Assembly (NCBI GenBank): GCA_964012805.1
Contig: CAXGUD010000045.1
Location: 1-28,587 of the forward strand
Length of the DNA: 28,587 nt
Direction: 5' to 3'
DNA from: an uncultured Bacteriovoracaceae bacterium
Lineage (GTDB): Bacteria > Bdellovibrionota > Bacteriovoracia > Bacteriovoracales > Bacteriovoracaceae
The translations under genes and the position numbers were made by a program. Shown here piece by piece: positions 9,280-16,987 of this stretch. Within the stretch, counting starts at the first letter, position 1; the number at the start of each line of letters is the position of its first letter. The notes under the pieces are model-generated. The model ran no database searches. It was not told the origin of the DNA and worked only from the letters and a program-made list of their open reading frames with translations.

Positions 9280-10110
9280 ATGAATAGTGAGATACAAAAT
9301 TATGTCAAAATTATGATGGAAGGGAAAGGTTATTTCACTCTACCCCAGGCCTTCTCTCAGGATGAAATAAAAAAGGCCAGAGACCTCATTATGATGCTTT
9401 CAGACCAGGATAAACCAAAAGTTACTCATTTTCATGGGAGTCATGAAGATACGGTTTCCCTTCAAAGAAGAGTTTGGAACCTTATTAATAAAGGAGAAGT
9501 TTTTCAAAAGATGGTTCAACATCCTAAAATTGTTGAGATAGCGAGCGCCTTTCTTGGAGACGAATTCATTCTTGGTTCCATTGCAGCGAATAGACTTCTT
9601 CCTGGAGGACCAGGCCAGGAACCCCATATCGATTACCCTTATTGGGATTATTACAATAAAAAAAGCTTCCCCTTTGCTTTAAATCCGAGCTTCCCCCTAA
9701 ATATGCAAGTCACTGTTCTTCTCGATGACTTTACTGAAGTAAATGGAGCTACGGCATGTCTAGATGGCTCCCAAACTTGGGGGCGTTATCCAACTAAAGA
9801 AGATGAAAAAACCTTTTTTAAAACGTGTTCAAGGATGGTTGGGAAGGCAGGAGATGCTGTCGTTTTTTTTGGAATGATGTGGCATTGTGCTATGAAAAAT
9901 AATTCTAATAAAGACAGAACGGGGGTCCTTATTCAGTATCTTCCAAAGTTTGTTAAGCCCATGGAGGACCAAAAGAATATTGTTGATAAGCACATCATTG
10001 AAAAAGGGGGGCCTCTTTTGAGGCAACTTTTAGGTCTTTCCTATCCTTATCCTCAAAACTTAGATGAAGCAGAGGCAAAAAATACTGAGGGACAATACAC
10101 AAAAAAGTAA
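9280..10110 (+). CDS. Phytanoyl-CoA dioxygenase (PhyH) family Fe(II)/2-oxoglutarate-type oxygenase
   Basis: HxD ('PHIDYP'), 'LDDFTEVNGAT', 'AGDAVVF...WH...N.S...R' facial triad and 2OG-binding Arg pattern. Confidence 0.87.
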   Translation: MNSEIQNYVKIMMEGKGYFTLPQAFSQDEIKKARDLIMMLSDQDKPKVTHFHGSHEDTVSLQRRVWNLINKGEVFQKMVQHPKIVEIASAFLGDEFILGSIAANRLLPGGPGQEPHIDYPYWDYYNKKSFPFALNPSFPLNMQVTVLLDDFTEVNGATACLDGSQTWGRYPTKEDEKTFFKTCSRMVGKAGDAVVFFGMMWHCAMKNNSNKDRTGVLIQYLPKFVKPMEDQKNIVDKHIIEKGGPLLRQLLGLSYPYPQNLDEAEAKNTEGQYTKK

Positions 10111-10156
10111 TGGGCTTTTTTTGTAACATAAAAAAATGAAGCACTAAAAAAGACTG

Positions 10157-10384
10157 CTAGGAAGATTTTGTTAAGTATAGTTTTAAGTTTTCTCCATCAG
10201 AAAAAACTTCAATGATAAAGCTTCTCTGAAGATGATCATCACAAAAAAACTCTTTGGTGATTCCTTTTTTGCTCCTGTAAGAAAGCTCTATAGGCTTTTT
10301 TGGGTTTTTAGAAATAATACAGTTTTCTAACTTTAACTCTTTAATGCGCATTAAAATTTCGTTAGGTAAATTTATGTCTTTCAC
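10157..10384 (-). CDS. Hypothetical small protein (75 aa)
   Basis: ORF with GTG start, last of four co-oriented small ORFs; no recognisable motif. Confidence 0.5.
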   Translation of the reverse strand: MKDINLPNEILMRIKELKLENCIISKNPKKPIELSYRSKKGITKEFFCDDHLQRSFIIEVFSDGENLKLYLTKSS

Positions 10385-10443
10385 TTAAATTCATTCCAAA
10401 CTTTAGTTTATTTTTTCTAAAAAAAAATATAATTAAATCGCGT

Positions 10444-10638
10444 TTATGCTTTCATTTTTTCTAAGTCGATGCCAAGAACATCTACGAAAAAAGATTCCAT
10501 ATCCAAAACTTCTTTTTCAAGTTTTGATACGTCAGGACAATTATCCCCCATGATTGCGCGATAACGATCTGCCAAACTTTTTTTCTCTTTATAAAGTTCG
10601 AGCAAAGCTTGCTTTGTATGGTCTCCCACTTCTGTCAT
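10444..10638 (-). CDS. Hypothetical small helical/coiled-coil-like protein (64 aa)
   Basis: ATG with GAGG upstream; charged amphipathic sequence. Confidence 0.65.
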   Translation of the reverse strand: MTEVGDHTKQALLELYKEKKSLADRYRAIMGDNCPDVSKLEKEVLDMESFFVDVLGIDLEKMKA

Positions 10639-10659
10639 AAATACCTCTAGATTATAAAA

Positions 10660-10797
10660 TTATAAACCTATGAGTAAGAAGTAAGTTGCGTAGGTCAAGC
10701 CTACCATAGTTATTATGAGGGGCACTGTTAATTTAAAAAGCCCTAAAATATCATTGTTTGTTTTGGAAATATCTTTTTCATACTTTTTAATTTCCAC
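10660..10797 (-). CDS. Small membrane peptide (45 aa), not in the ORF track
   Basis: GTG start preceded by AAGGAG. Translates MEIKKYEKDISKTNNDILGLFKLTVPLIITMVGLTYATYFLLIGL*, with a polar N-terminus and hydrophobic C-terminus, and fills the gap between neighbouring ORFs. Confidence 0.65.
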   Translation of the reverse strand: MEIKKYEKDISKTNNDILGLFKLTVPLIITMVGLTYATYFLLIGL

Positions 10798-10815
10798 CTT
10801 CTAACTCCTTTTATT

Positions 10816-10845
10816 TTTCAGTTTCAGTTTCAGTTTCAGTTTCAG
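10816..10845. repeat. Hexanucleotide tandem repeat (TTTCAG)x5
   Basis: Five exact copies, followed by the palindrome AGCTTAAGCTTAAGCT (10844-10859). Confidence 0.95.
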
Positions 10846-10852
10846 CTTAAGC

Positions 10853-11014
10853 TTAAGCTAGTATGTTTATACCAAGAGCATAACTTAGGATAACTAGTGC
10901 AAAAAATGAAATTGAAGTGGTTGTGACTAATACAATCCCTATCATTTCTAACCAAGGTTTTATCGAATCCTGATTATTTTTTGTTTCTAATTGATCACAA
11001 TTTTGCTTTTTCAT
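10853..11014 (-). CDS. Small single-pass membrane protein (53 aa), paralog A
   Basis: Start reassigned from 11044 to the ATG at 11014, which has GGAGG 8 nt upstream and gives the same length as the paralog at 11703..11864. Sequence MKKQNCDQLETKNNQDSIKPWLEMIGIVLVTTTSISFFALVILSYALGINILA. Confidence 0.8.
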   Translation of the reverse strand: MKKQNCDQLETKNNQDSIKPWLEMIGIVLVTTTSISFFALVILSYALGINILA

Positions 11015-11276
11015 TCCCTTATCCTCCGTAAGTTCAGAATACACCTCAAACCCTCAGCTTTACCTTCCTTTTCCAATGAAGGAAAAGCCTTCTTAAACTT
11101 TATTCGTAAAATCAATAATTTAGAGAGCTAACCTAATTACATACTACGTCTGTCTTTAGGTAGAGCACTTTAAGTACTTGTTATTATTATTATTGTCAGG
11201 GCCACTTGAAATCCTCGATGGAAAATGGCCAATTCAAATCTATTCTCAGATTTAAAATAAATTAGAGGGAAGAATA

Positions 11277-11672
11277 ATGTTTAAAAAGAAGGTCTTGATT
11301 ATTGAGGATGAGCCGACAATCCGCAAAGGAATTGGGGAAATGTTCTCTGATGAATGTATTGTGGAATATGCAATAGACGGATCAGAAGGTCTATTTAAAA
11401 TACTTCATAACAAATATGATTTGATTATTACTGATAACCATATGCCTCATCTAAGCGGTGTTAGAATGCTTGAAATGCATGAGGAAAAGAAAAAATTTAA
11501 GACAGATACGCCAATAATAATGTGTACGACTGAATGTGACCCTACAACTAAAAAGAGGGGGCTAAAAGCAGGTGTAAACTACTGGATGATCAAACCACTT
11601 AACATACTAGGATTTTTTAAGTTGGCCCAGAAAATCTTGGATGAACAAGAAGTTAAAGCTGATCAGGTTTGA
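11277..11672 (+). CDS. Stand-alone response regulator receiver (CheY-like)
   Basis: 'VLIIEDE', phosphoacceptor 'LIITDNHMP', 'IMCTT', 'MIKP'; no output domain. Confidence 0.9.
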   Translation: MFKKKVLIIEDEPTIRKGIGEMFSDECIVEYAIDGSEGLFKILHNKYDLIITDNHMPHLSGVRMLEMHEEKKKFKTDTPIIMCTTECDPTTKKRGLKAGVNYWMIKPLNILGFFKLAQKILDEQEVKADQV

Positions 11673-11702
11673 AAAAGTTATCTTAATTGCTTTTAATACT
11701 CT

Positions 11703-11864
11703 TTATGTGAGAATATCAATTCCAACGACGTAACTTATAATCAAAACCGAGACAACACATATCGAGGTTGTGGCCGCCAGGACTATACCCAATAATTCAA
11801 ACCAGGACTTTGCGTCTGGGTAAAAGTCTTTTAATTTTGCTTCTTCTATACTCTTGTTATTCAT
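11703..11864 (-). CDS. Small single-pass membrane protein (53 aa), paralog B, not in the ORF track
   Basis: ATG with AAGGAG upstream. Translates MNNKSIEEAKLKDFYPDAKSWFELLGIVLAATTSICVVSVLIISYVVGIDILT*. Ungapped alignment to paralog A gives 20/53 identities by manual count. Confidence 0.8.
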   Translation of the reverse strand: MNNKSIEEAKLKDFYPDAKSWFELLGIVLAATTSICVVSVLIISYVVGIDILT

Positions 11865-12216
11865 GCCTTTCTCCTTTGGAGAACATACTTCTTTTTTTTA
11901 AGTTTGAATTAGGTTTGCACGCTCATAAATTAGAAGTTCGTTTCCGTTCCTTTATCTTAACTCTATCTACCTTAAGGCATAAATTCTAGCGATAGAACTA
12001 TTCTAGACAAACTAAGAAAGTGAAAAAAATATGTCAAAAAAGTTTGTACTTTTATTCATATTGGATGGATTTGAAGTATCTGAAAATTAAGAAAAATAAT
12101 AAACACCCAGATAAAAAGAAATTGAATCGGTTCTAGATTATTAGGATTTTGTTAAAAATAAAAGGGGAACTCCTTAATTAGAAGTTATTCTAAAGAAGTA
12201 TATTATTTCATGTTCT

Positions 12217-13104
12217 TTAAAATCCTGCCTCAATAAGTGTTTTTTGAATATATTGGCCTGCTTTATTAACATAGAATTTGGGTGGGGCAACTGTATGGTC
12301 CTGTTCCGCTTCAACCACTACCCAGCCGGAATAATTTCTTTTTTTCAATTCTTTAAAGATTTCTAGAAACTGAACACAGCCGTCTCCTGGTACGGTAAAC
12401 ACGCCTTTTAGAACAGCTTTGAGAAAAGTTAGGTCTTTATTCAAGACATCCCTGGCCACGTCTTGCCTTACGTCTTTACAATGTAGGTGGTAAATCCTTT
12501 CACCATACTTTCTTACGGCCTCAAGAGGGTCTCCTCCCATAAAAGTATAATGACCAGTATCTAAAAGGAGTCCCACATCATCAGAGCAACGCTCCATCAA
12601 TTGATCGACTTCTGCCGGATCTTGAATAAGAGTGCCTGTATGGTGATGATAAGCTATTTGCATTCCTTGAGATTTACTATAAGCCGCTAATTCACTTAGC
12701 TTATCGCAAAAAGGGCCCCATGTCTTTTCATTGAGGGTAGGTCTTTTGGAGATAGGGACCCTGGGATTTCCATGAACGGTGCCAGTTGTATCTGCAAAGA
12801 CCATAACATTGCAACCAAGCGCCTTTAAAAGATTTAAATGTTTATCAAAGTCTGGCATTTCCTCTTTTAAGCTTCTTACGGCAAGGTTTGAGCTATACCA
12901 ACCCGACACAAGGTCCAGATTAAAGGATTTTAATTGCTTTTTTAATTCTTCAGCATTCCTGGAGAATTTCCAGCCAAGTTCAAATCCTTCAAAACCGGCT
13001 TCTTTGCCTTCTCTTAGACATTTCTCAAGAGGTATTTCTCCACCAACGACTGGTAAATCATCATTCGACCAGGCGATAGGGTTAATTCCCATTCTTACAT
13101 TCAA
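12217..13104 (-). CDS. iolE: myo-inosose-2 dehydratase
   Basis: 'GINPIAWSNDD', 'LVSGWYS', 'YHHHTGT', 'LLLDTGH', 'HCKDVR', 'FTVPGDG', 'VVEAEQD'; TTG start with AAGGAG. Confidence 0.95.
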   Translation of the reverse strand: MNVRMGINPIAWSNDDLPVVGGEIPLEKCLREGKEAGFEGFELGWKFSRNAEELKKQLKSFNLDLVSGWYSSNLAVRSLKEEMPDFDKHLNLLKALGCNVMVFADTTGTVHGNPRVPISKRPTLNEKTWGPFCDKLSELAAYSKSQGMQIAYHHHTGTLIQDPAEVDQLMERCSDDVGLLLDTGHYTFMGGDPLEAVRKYGERIYHLHCKDVRQDVARDVLNKDLTFLKAVLKGVFTVPGDGCVQFLEIFKELKKRNYSGWVVVEAEQDHTVAPPKFYVNKAGQYIQKTLIEAGF

Positions 13105-13136
13105 AGAAAACTCCTTCTTTTGATCTTTTAAAACTT

Positions 13137-14996
13137 TTAAACCTTTTGATCCTTTTTTCCATCCATGTAACGCTTATAAGATTCATTGACTTTTTTTCTC
13201 TCAGAAACTTCGGCAATGGGAACCTCCCACCAATTACCTCCTTCCGGAGTCGTTTGATTGGGGTCTGTTTCAATAACGATAGCGTAACTTTGGTCGGCTT
13301 TTTTGGCGCGGTCTAAGGCCTCTTCAAGTTCTTTAATTGTTGTCACAGTCTCAGAAAGTGCACCCAAACTCTTTGTATGCATTTCAAAATTTAGAGGGGG
13401 GATTCCATCACCTTCCTTTTTACAGTCTTTAAAAAGATTATTAAAGGGTTCTCCACCACAAGCATTCTGAAGCCTGTTAATACAGCCATAGCCATGGTTA
13501 TCAGTGATAATAAGGATAATTTTTCTGCCGAGAAGAACACTCGTTGCGAGTTCAGAGTTTAACATTAGATAACTTCCATCACCAACCATCACAAAGATTT
13601 CCCTCGTTGGATCGGCCATTTTAACACCTAGCCCTCCAGCTATTTCATAACCCATACAACTAAATGCGTACTCCATATGGTAGGCTTTATCATGGGAGGC
13701 CTTCCAGTTTTTATGAAGCTCTCCTGGTAGTCCCCCAGCTGCTCCAACCACAACATCCCGCTTTCCAGCGGCCCTATTAACGGCACCTATGACTTGAGGG
13801 TCACTAACAGGACCGGTCTTAGAGTCATCTCTATCCGTTCTTGAACTTACAATATCATTCCACTTCTTGATCGCCTTGTTTCCTTTTTCTATCCAGTCAG
13901 GTGAAGATTCGTAACCTTTGAGGGAGTTACCCAATGCTTTCAAAGTTATTTTAACATCACCAATCAAAGGAACGGCCCTATGTTTATTGGCATCGAAGCT
14001 TCCTACATTGAGTGAGAGGAGAGTTGTTTCAGGGTTTTGAAAAAGTGACCATGATCCCGTTGTAAAATCTTGGAGTCTTGAACCAATGGATAAAACGAGA
14101 TCCGCTTCCTTCGCTAGCTCATTCGCTGACGTGGAACCAGTTACACCAATTGAACCGGCCTGAAAAGGATGATCCCAAGTGAGGGCACCTTTGCCAGCTT
14201 GAGTTTCTGCAACGGGAATTTTAAAAGTTTTAGAGAAATGGGAAAGTTCTTCTGTCGCAAATGAATAGTGGACACCACCACCTGCTATAATTAAAGGTTT
14301 TTTGGCATTTTTTATAAGTTCAACGGCCCTTTCAAGCTCTAGTTGGTCCGGAGTTTGTCTTCTTAAGACCCAAATATTTTCTTCGAAAAAGGAGTCTGGA
14401 TAATCAAAAGCAAAGGTTTGGCTATCTTGGGGTAGGGCGAGTGTTACAGGGCCACAATTAATGGGGTCACAAAGAGTGCTCACTGCTTGGGGGAGGCTTG
14501 ATATAAGTTGTTCGGGGAGATTGATTCTATCGTAATAGCGAGAAACTGGTTTAAAGCAATCATTAACGCTTATATTGGGGTCCCCAAAATGTTCAATTTG
14601 TTGAAGGACTGGATCAGGAGACCTTGTGGCAAAAATATCGCCTGGTAGGAATAGGGCCGGTAAGCGGTTGGCAAAAGCTGTCGCCGATGCGGCCACCATA
14701 TTCATGGCACCTGGACCAATAGATGAAGTGCATGCCATCATTCTTTGTCTTCTTGTCGCTTTGGCAAAGGCAATCGCGGCATGGCCCATAGATTGTTCGT
14801 TGTGCCCTCTATAAGTAGGGAACTCTTCTCTTACTGGGTAAAGGGCCTCACCAAGCCCTGCTACATTCCCATGGCCAAAAATGGCCCAAATACCTCCAAA
14901 AAGAGGGACGACTTCCCCAGTTTCTTCCATTTTTCTTTTTTGGGCCATTAAGTATTTGACCAATGCTTGAGTCATCGTCAATTTTTGAGATCCCAT
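13137..14996 (-). CDS. iolD: 3D-(3,5/4)-trihydroxycyclohexane-1,2-dione acylhydrolase (TPP-dependent)
   Basis: 'IFGHGNVAGLG', 'HNEQSMGH', 'PDPVLQQIE', 'YHMEYAFSCMGYEIAG', TPP motif 'GDGSYLM...N', 'WWEVP'. Confidence 0.96.
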   Translation of the reverse strand: MGSQKLTMTQALVKYLMAQKRKMEETGEVVPLFGGIWAIFGHGNVAGLGEALYPVREEFPTYRGHNEQSMGHAAIAFAKATRRQRMMACTSSIGPGAMNMVAASATAFANRLPALFLPGDIFATRSPDPVLQQIEHFGDPNISVNDCFKPVSRYYDRINLPEQLISSLPQAVSTLCDPINCGPVTLALPQDSQTFAFDYPDSFFEENIWVLRRQTPDQLELERAVELIKNAKKPLIIAGGGVHYSFATEELSHFSKTFKIPVAETQAGKGALTWDHPFQAGSIGVTGSTSANELAKEADLVLSIGSRLQDFTTGSWSLFQNPETTLLSLNVGSFDANKHRAVPLIGDVKITLKALGNSLKGYESSPDWIEKGNKAIKKWNDIVSSRTDRDDSKTGPVSDPQVIGAVNRAAGKRDVVVGAAGGLPGELHKNWKASHDKAYHMEYAFSCMGYEIAGGLGVKMADPTREIFVMVGDGSYLMLNSELATSVLLGRKIILIITDNHGYGCINRLQNACGGEPFNNLFKDCKKEGDGIPPLNFEMHTKSLGALSETVTTIKELEEALDRAKKADQSYAIVIETDPNQTTPEGGNWWEVPIAEVSERKKVNESYKRYMDGKKDQKV

Positions 14997-15020
14997 GTTC
15001 TTCCTCCCTCTAAGACTCTC

Positions 15021-16976
15021 TTACTCGCGGGCTTCTTTATAGACTTTAATCATTTCGTAGTAATTATTTTGAACTTGTTCAATGAGTTGAGATTCATCAA
15101 TTACTTTCTTAAGAAAATCGACAACTGGCTTCATGAAAACGGATCTTCCAATGGCGAAACCTTTACACCATTTCCTTCCTTTACTTGCAATGAAGCCTTT
15201 TTTTAATTCGCCCAAAGATTTGTTTAAACCTAAAAGGACAACTCCTCTAGAATGTGGGGCCCTTCTTGAAAGGAGTTCTTCAATCAAATCCCAGGTTTCT
15301 TCACTTGGAGGAGTAATTTTCCACCAATCGGGTTTAATGCCAAGATTGTAAAGTCTCTCCATTGTGAGAGGGATGGTTTTGTGGTCAGGAAAATAATGTT
15401 TCCATTCTTTTTCTTCATCTCCCTTACCACTCATTACTTGTTTTGGAGTGATAATCTCTAATAGAAATTCAAGTCGATTATCAAGACATGATTTATAAAT
15501 CTTTTCAATTTGATCTTCTTGTTGCAAGCGTAGGTTTTCATTTTCTCCAGGATGATAGTGGCAAAGGCATTTAACAATATGGTTGCTAGGCCAGGATTTT
15601 AAATTAGCATTTTTAATAAATTCAAGGGGTCTCGAGCCAGGAATTTCAATAGGGCGGCCAATAAAAGGAATATTTCCAGTTGCTTTATGGAGGACCTCTT
15701 CGCCATATTCATCATCAACAATAATCCCTCCACTTTTTAATGAAATTTGGTGTTTTTCTAAAGATCTTTCAAAGCCTTCAAAAATAAGGTTTTTAACTTT
15801 TGAAATGAGGGATTGGTCTTTTATTCCTTCTTTATTGAGCTCATTTAAAAATTGTGAGCGGTGGTCGAAGGCCAAAATATAGAGGTCTTCTTCAAAGGGA
15901 ACTCTTCCCGTTGTCGTTCGGTGAAGATCGTTAATTTCATCATCCAAGTCGGGTCTTTCAACTGTCTCTTTTCGGGAAAGAAAAGATTGGAGTTCAATCC
16001 AACTAGGCATAGCAGGCGTACACCCATGCCTTGATACAACCAGGGCCCCACAAGCATTAGCATAAGTAGCTGCTGTTTCAAGTTCTTCGCCGTTTAAATA
16101 GCCTTTTAGAAAGCCACTCATAAAAGCGTCACCTGCTCCAAGGACATTTAAGACCTTTACCTGAGGGGCTTTTCCAGAAATACCATCATCAATTTTTTTA
16201 GGGATAGAGTTATTAAAAATTTTACAACCTTGAGGACCTTGTTTTAAAACAAGAGTGGCCTTTGTGAGAGAGCGTATTTTTTTGACGGCCTCAAGAGTGT
16301 CTTTGGAACCACCAGCAATATGAAATTCCTCTTCGGTTCCAACGATTAGATCAAAAGAGGGTACCATTTCCTGAAGGTGGGATGTAACATTTTCGCTTTC
16401 AACAAATCTATTTTCTCCCTCTCCTTTACCGGTTAGGCCCCAAAGAACGGGTCTATAATCAATGTCGAGGATTCTTTTTAATCCATTTTTTTTGGCCAAG
16501 CTCAAAGCACTTTTTGAAACTTTTTTTACGTGAGTAGTTGAAAGGTGAGTGCCCGTTATTAAAAGGGACTTGGCCTGCTTAATATAATCTTCATCAAAGT
16601 CTGTTTCATCGATGGCCATATCAGCACAATTTTCTCTATAAAAAAGAAGGGGGAAGGTTTCCTTATCTTTTATACCGAGGAGGACAAGACCTGAAAGTCT
16701 TTTGGGATCACTTTTAACGTGACTTACGTCAACGCCTTCATTTTGTAACTGTTCTCTTATAAATTGTCCCATTTGGTCATCGCCAACTCTCGTTAGCATA
16801 CTTGATTTTAAACCAAGGCGGGCGGAACCAGCTGCAATATTACAAGAGGAACCTCCAATATATTTTGAAAAATTTGAGGCATCTTCAAGACGTGCCCCAA
16901 TTTGATCTGAATAAAGGTCAACGCCCGCTCTTCCCAAGCAGATGACATCAAATTGCTTTTCGTCCTCTCCATTCAC
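15021..16976 (-). CDS. iolC: 5-dehydro-2-deoxygluconokinase fused to a DUF2090 aldolase-like domain
   Basis: PfkB N-domain ('GRAGVDLY', 'DIDYRPVLWGL', 'VLGAGDAF') plus C-domain ('LAFDHR', 'VKCL', 'PDWWK', 'GFAIGRSVF'); GTG start. Confidence 0.93.
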   Translation of the reverse strand: MNGEDEKQFDVICLGRAGVDLYSDQIGARLEDASNFSKYIGGSSCNIAAGSARLGLKSSMLTRVGDDQMGQFIREQLQNEGVDVSHVKSDPKRLSGLVLLGIKDKETFPLLFYRENCADMAIDETDFDEDYIKQAKSLLITGTHLSTTHVKKVSKSALSLAKKNGLKRILDIDYRPVLWGLTGKGEGENRFVESENVTSHLQEMVPSFDLIVGTEEEFHIAGGSKDTLEAVKKIRSLTKATLVLKQGPQGCKIFNNSIPKKIDDGISGKAPQVKVLNVLGAGDAFMSGFLKGYLNGEELETAATYANACGALVVSRHGCTPAMPSWIELQSFLSRKETVERPDLDDEINDLHRTTTGRVPFEEDLYILAFDHRSQFLNELNKEGIKDQSLISKVKNLIFEGFERSLEKHQISLKSGGIIVDDEYGEEVLHKATGNIPFIGRPIEIPGSRPLEFIKNANLKSWPSNHIVKCLCHYHPGENENLRLQQEDQIEKIYKSCLDNRLEFLLEIITPKQVMSGKGDEEKEWKHYFPDHKTIPLTMERLYNLGIKPDWWKITPPSEETWDLIEELLSRRAPHSRGVVLLGLNKSLGELKKGFIASKGRKWCKGFAIGRSVFMKPVVDFLKKVIDESQLIEQVQNNYYEMIKVYKEARE

Positions 16977-16987
16977 AACCCTCTCCT

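Noticed and set aside
10816..10859. Repeat considered as a CRISPR array
   Set aside because: 6-bp units with no spacers and no cas genes in the window.
11015..11044. N-terminal 10-codon extension of ORF 10853..11044
   Set aside because: The GGAGG SD lies inside the extension, and the ATG at 11014 gives the same length as the paralog.
11795..11845. GCAAA...GACGCAAAG on the minus strand, reminiscent of a c-di-GMP-I riboswitch
   Set aside because: No GNRA-capped P2 stem can be formed, and the sequence is explained as coding for paralog B.
11768..11989. 73-aa plus-strand ORF in the ORF track
   Set aside because: It overlaps antisense the 53-aa minus-strand gene, which has an SD and a clear paralog. 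No motif or convincing RBS.
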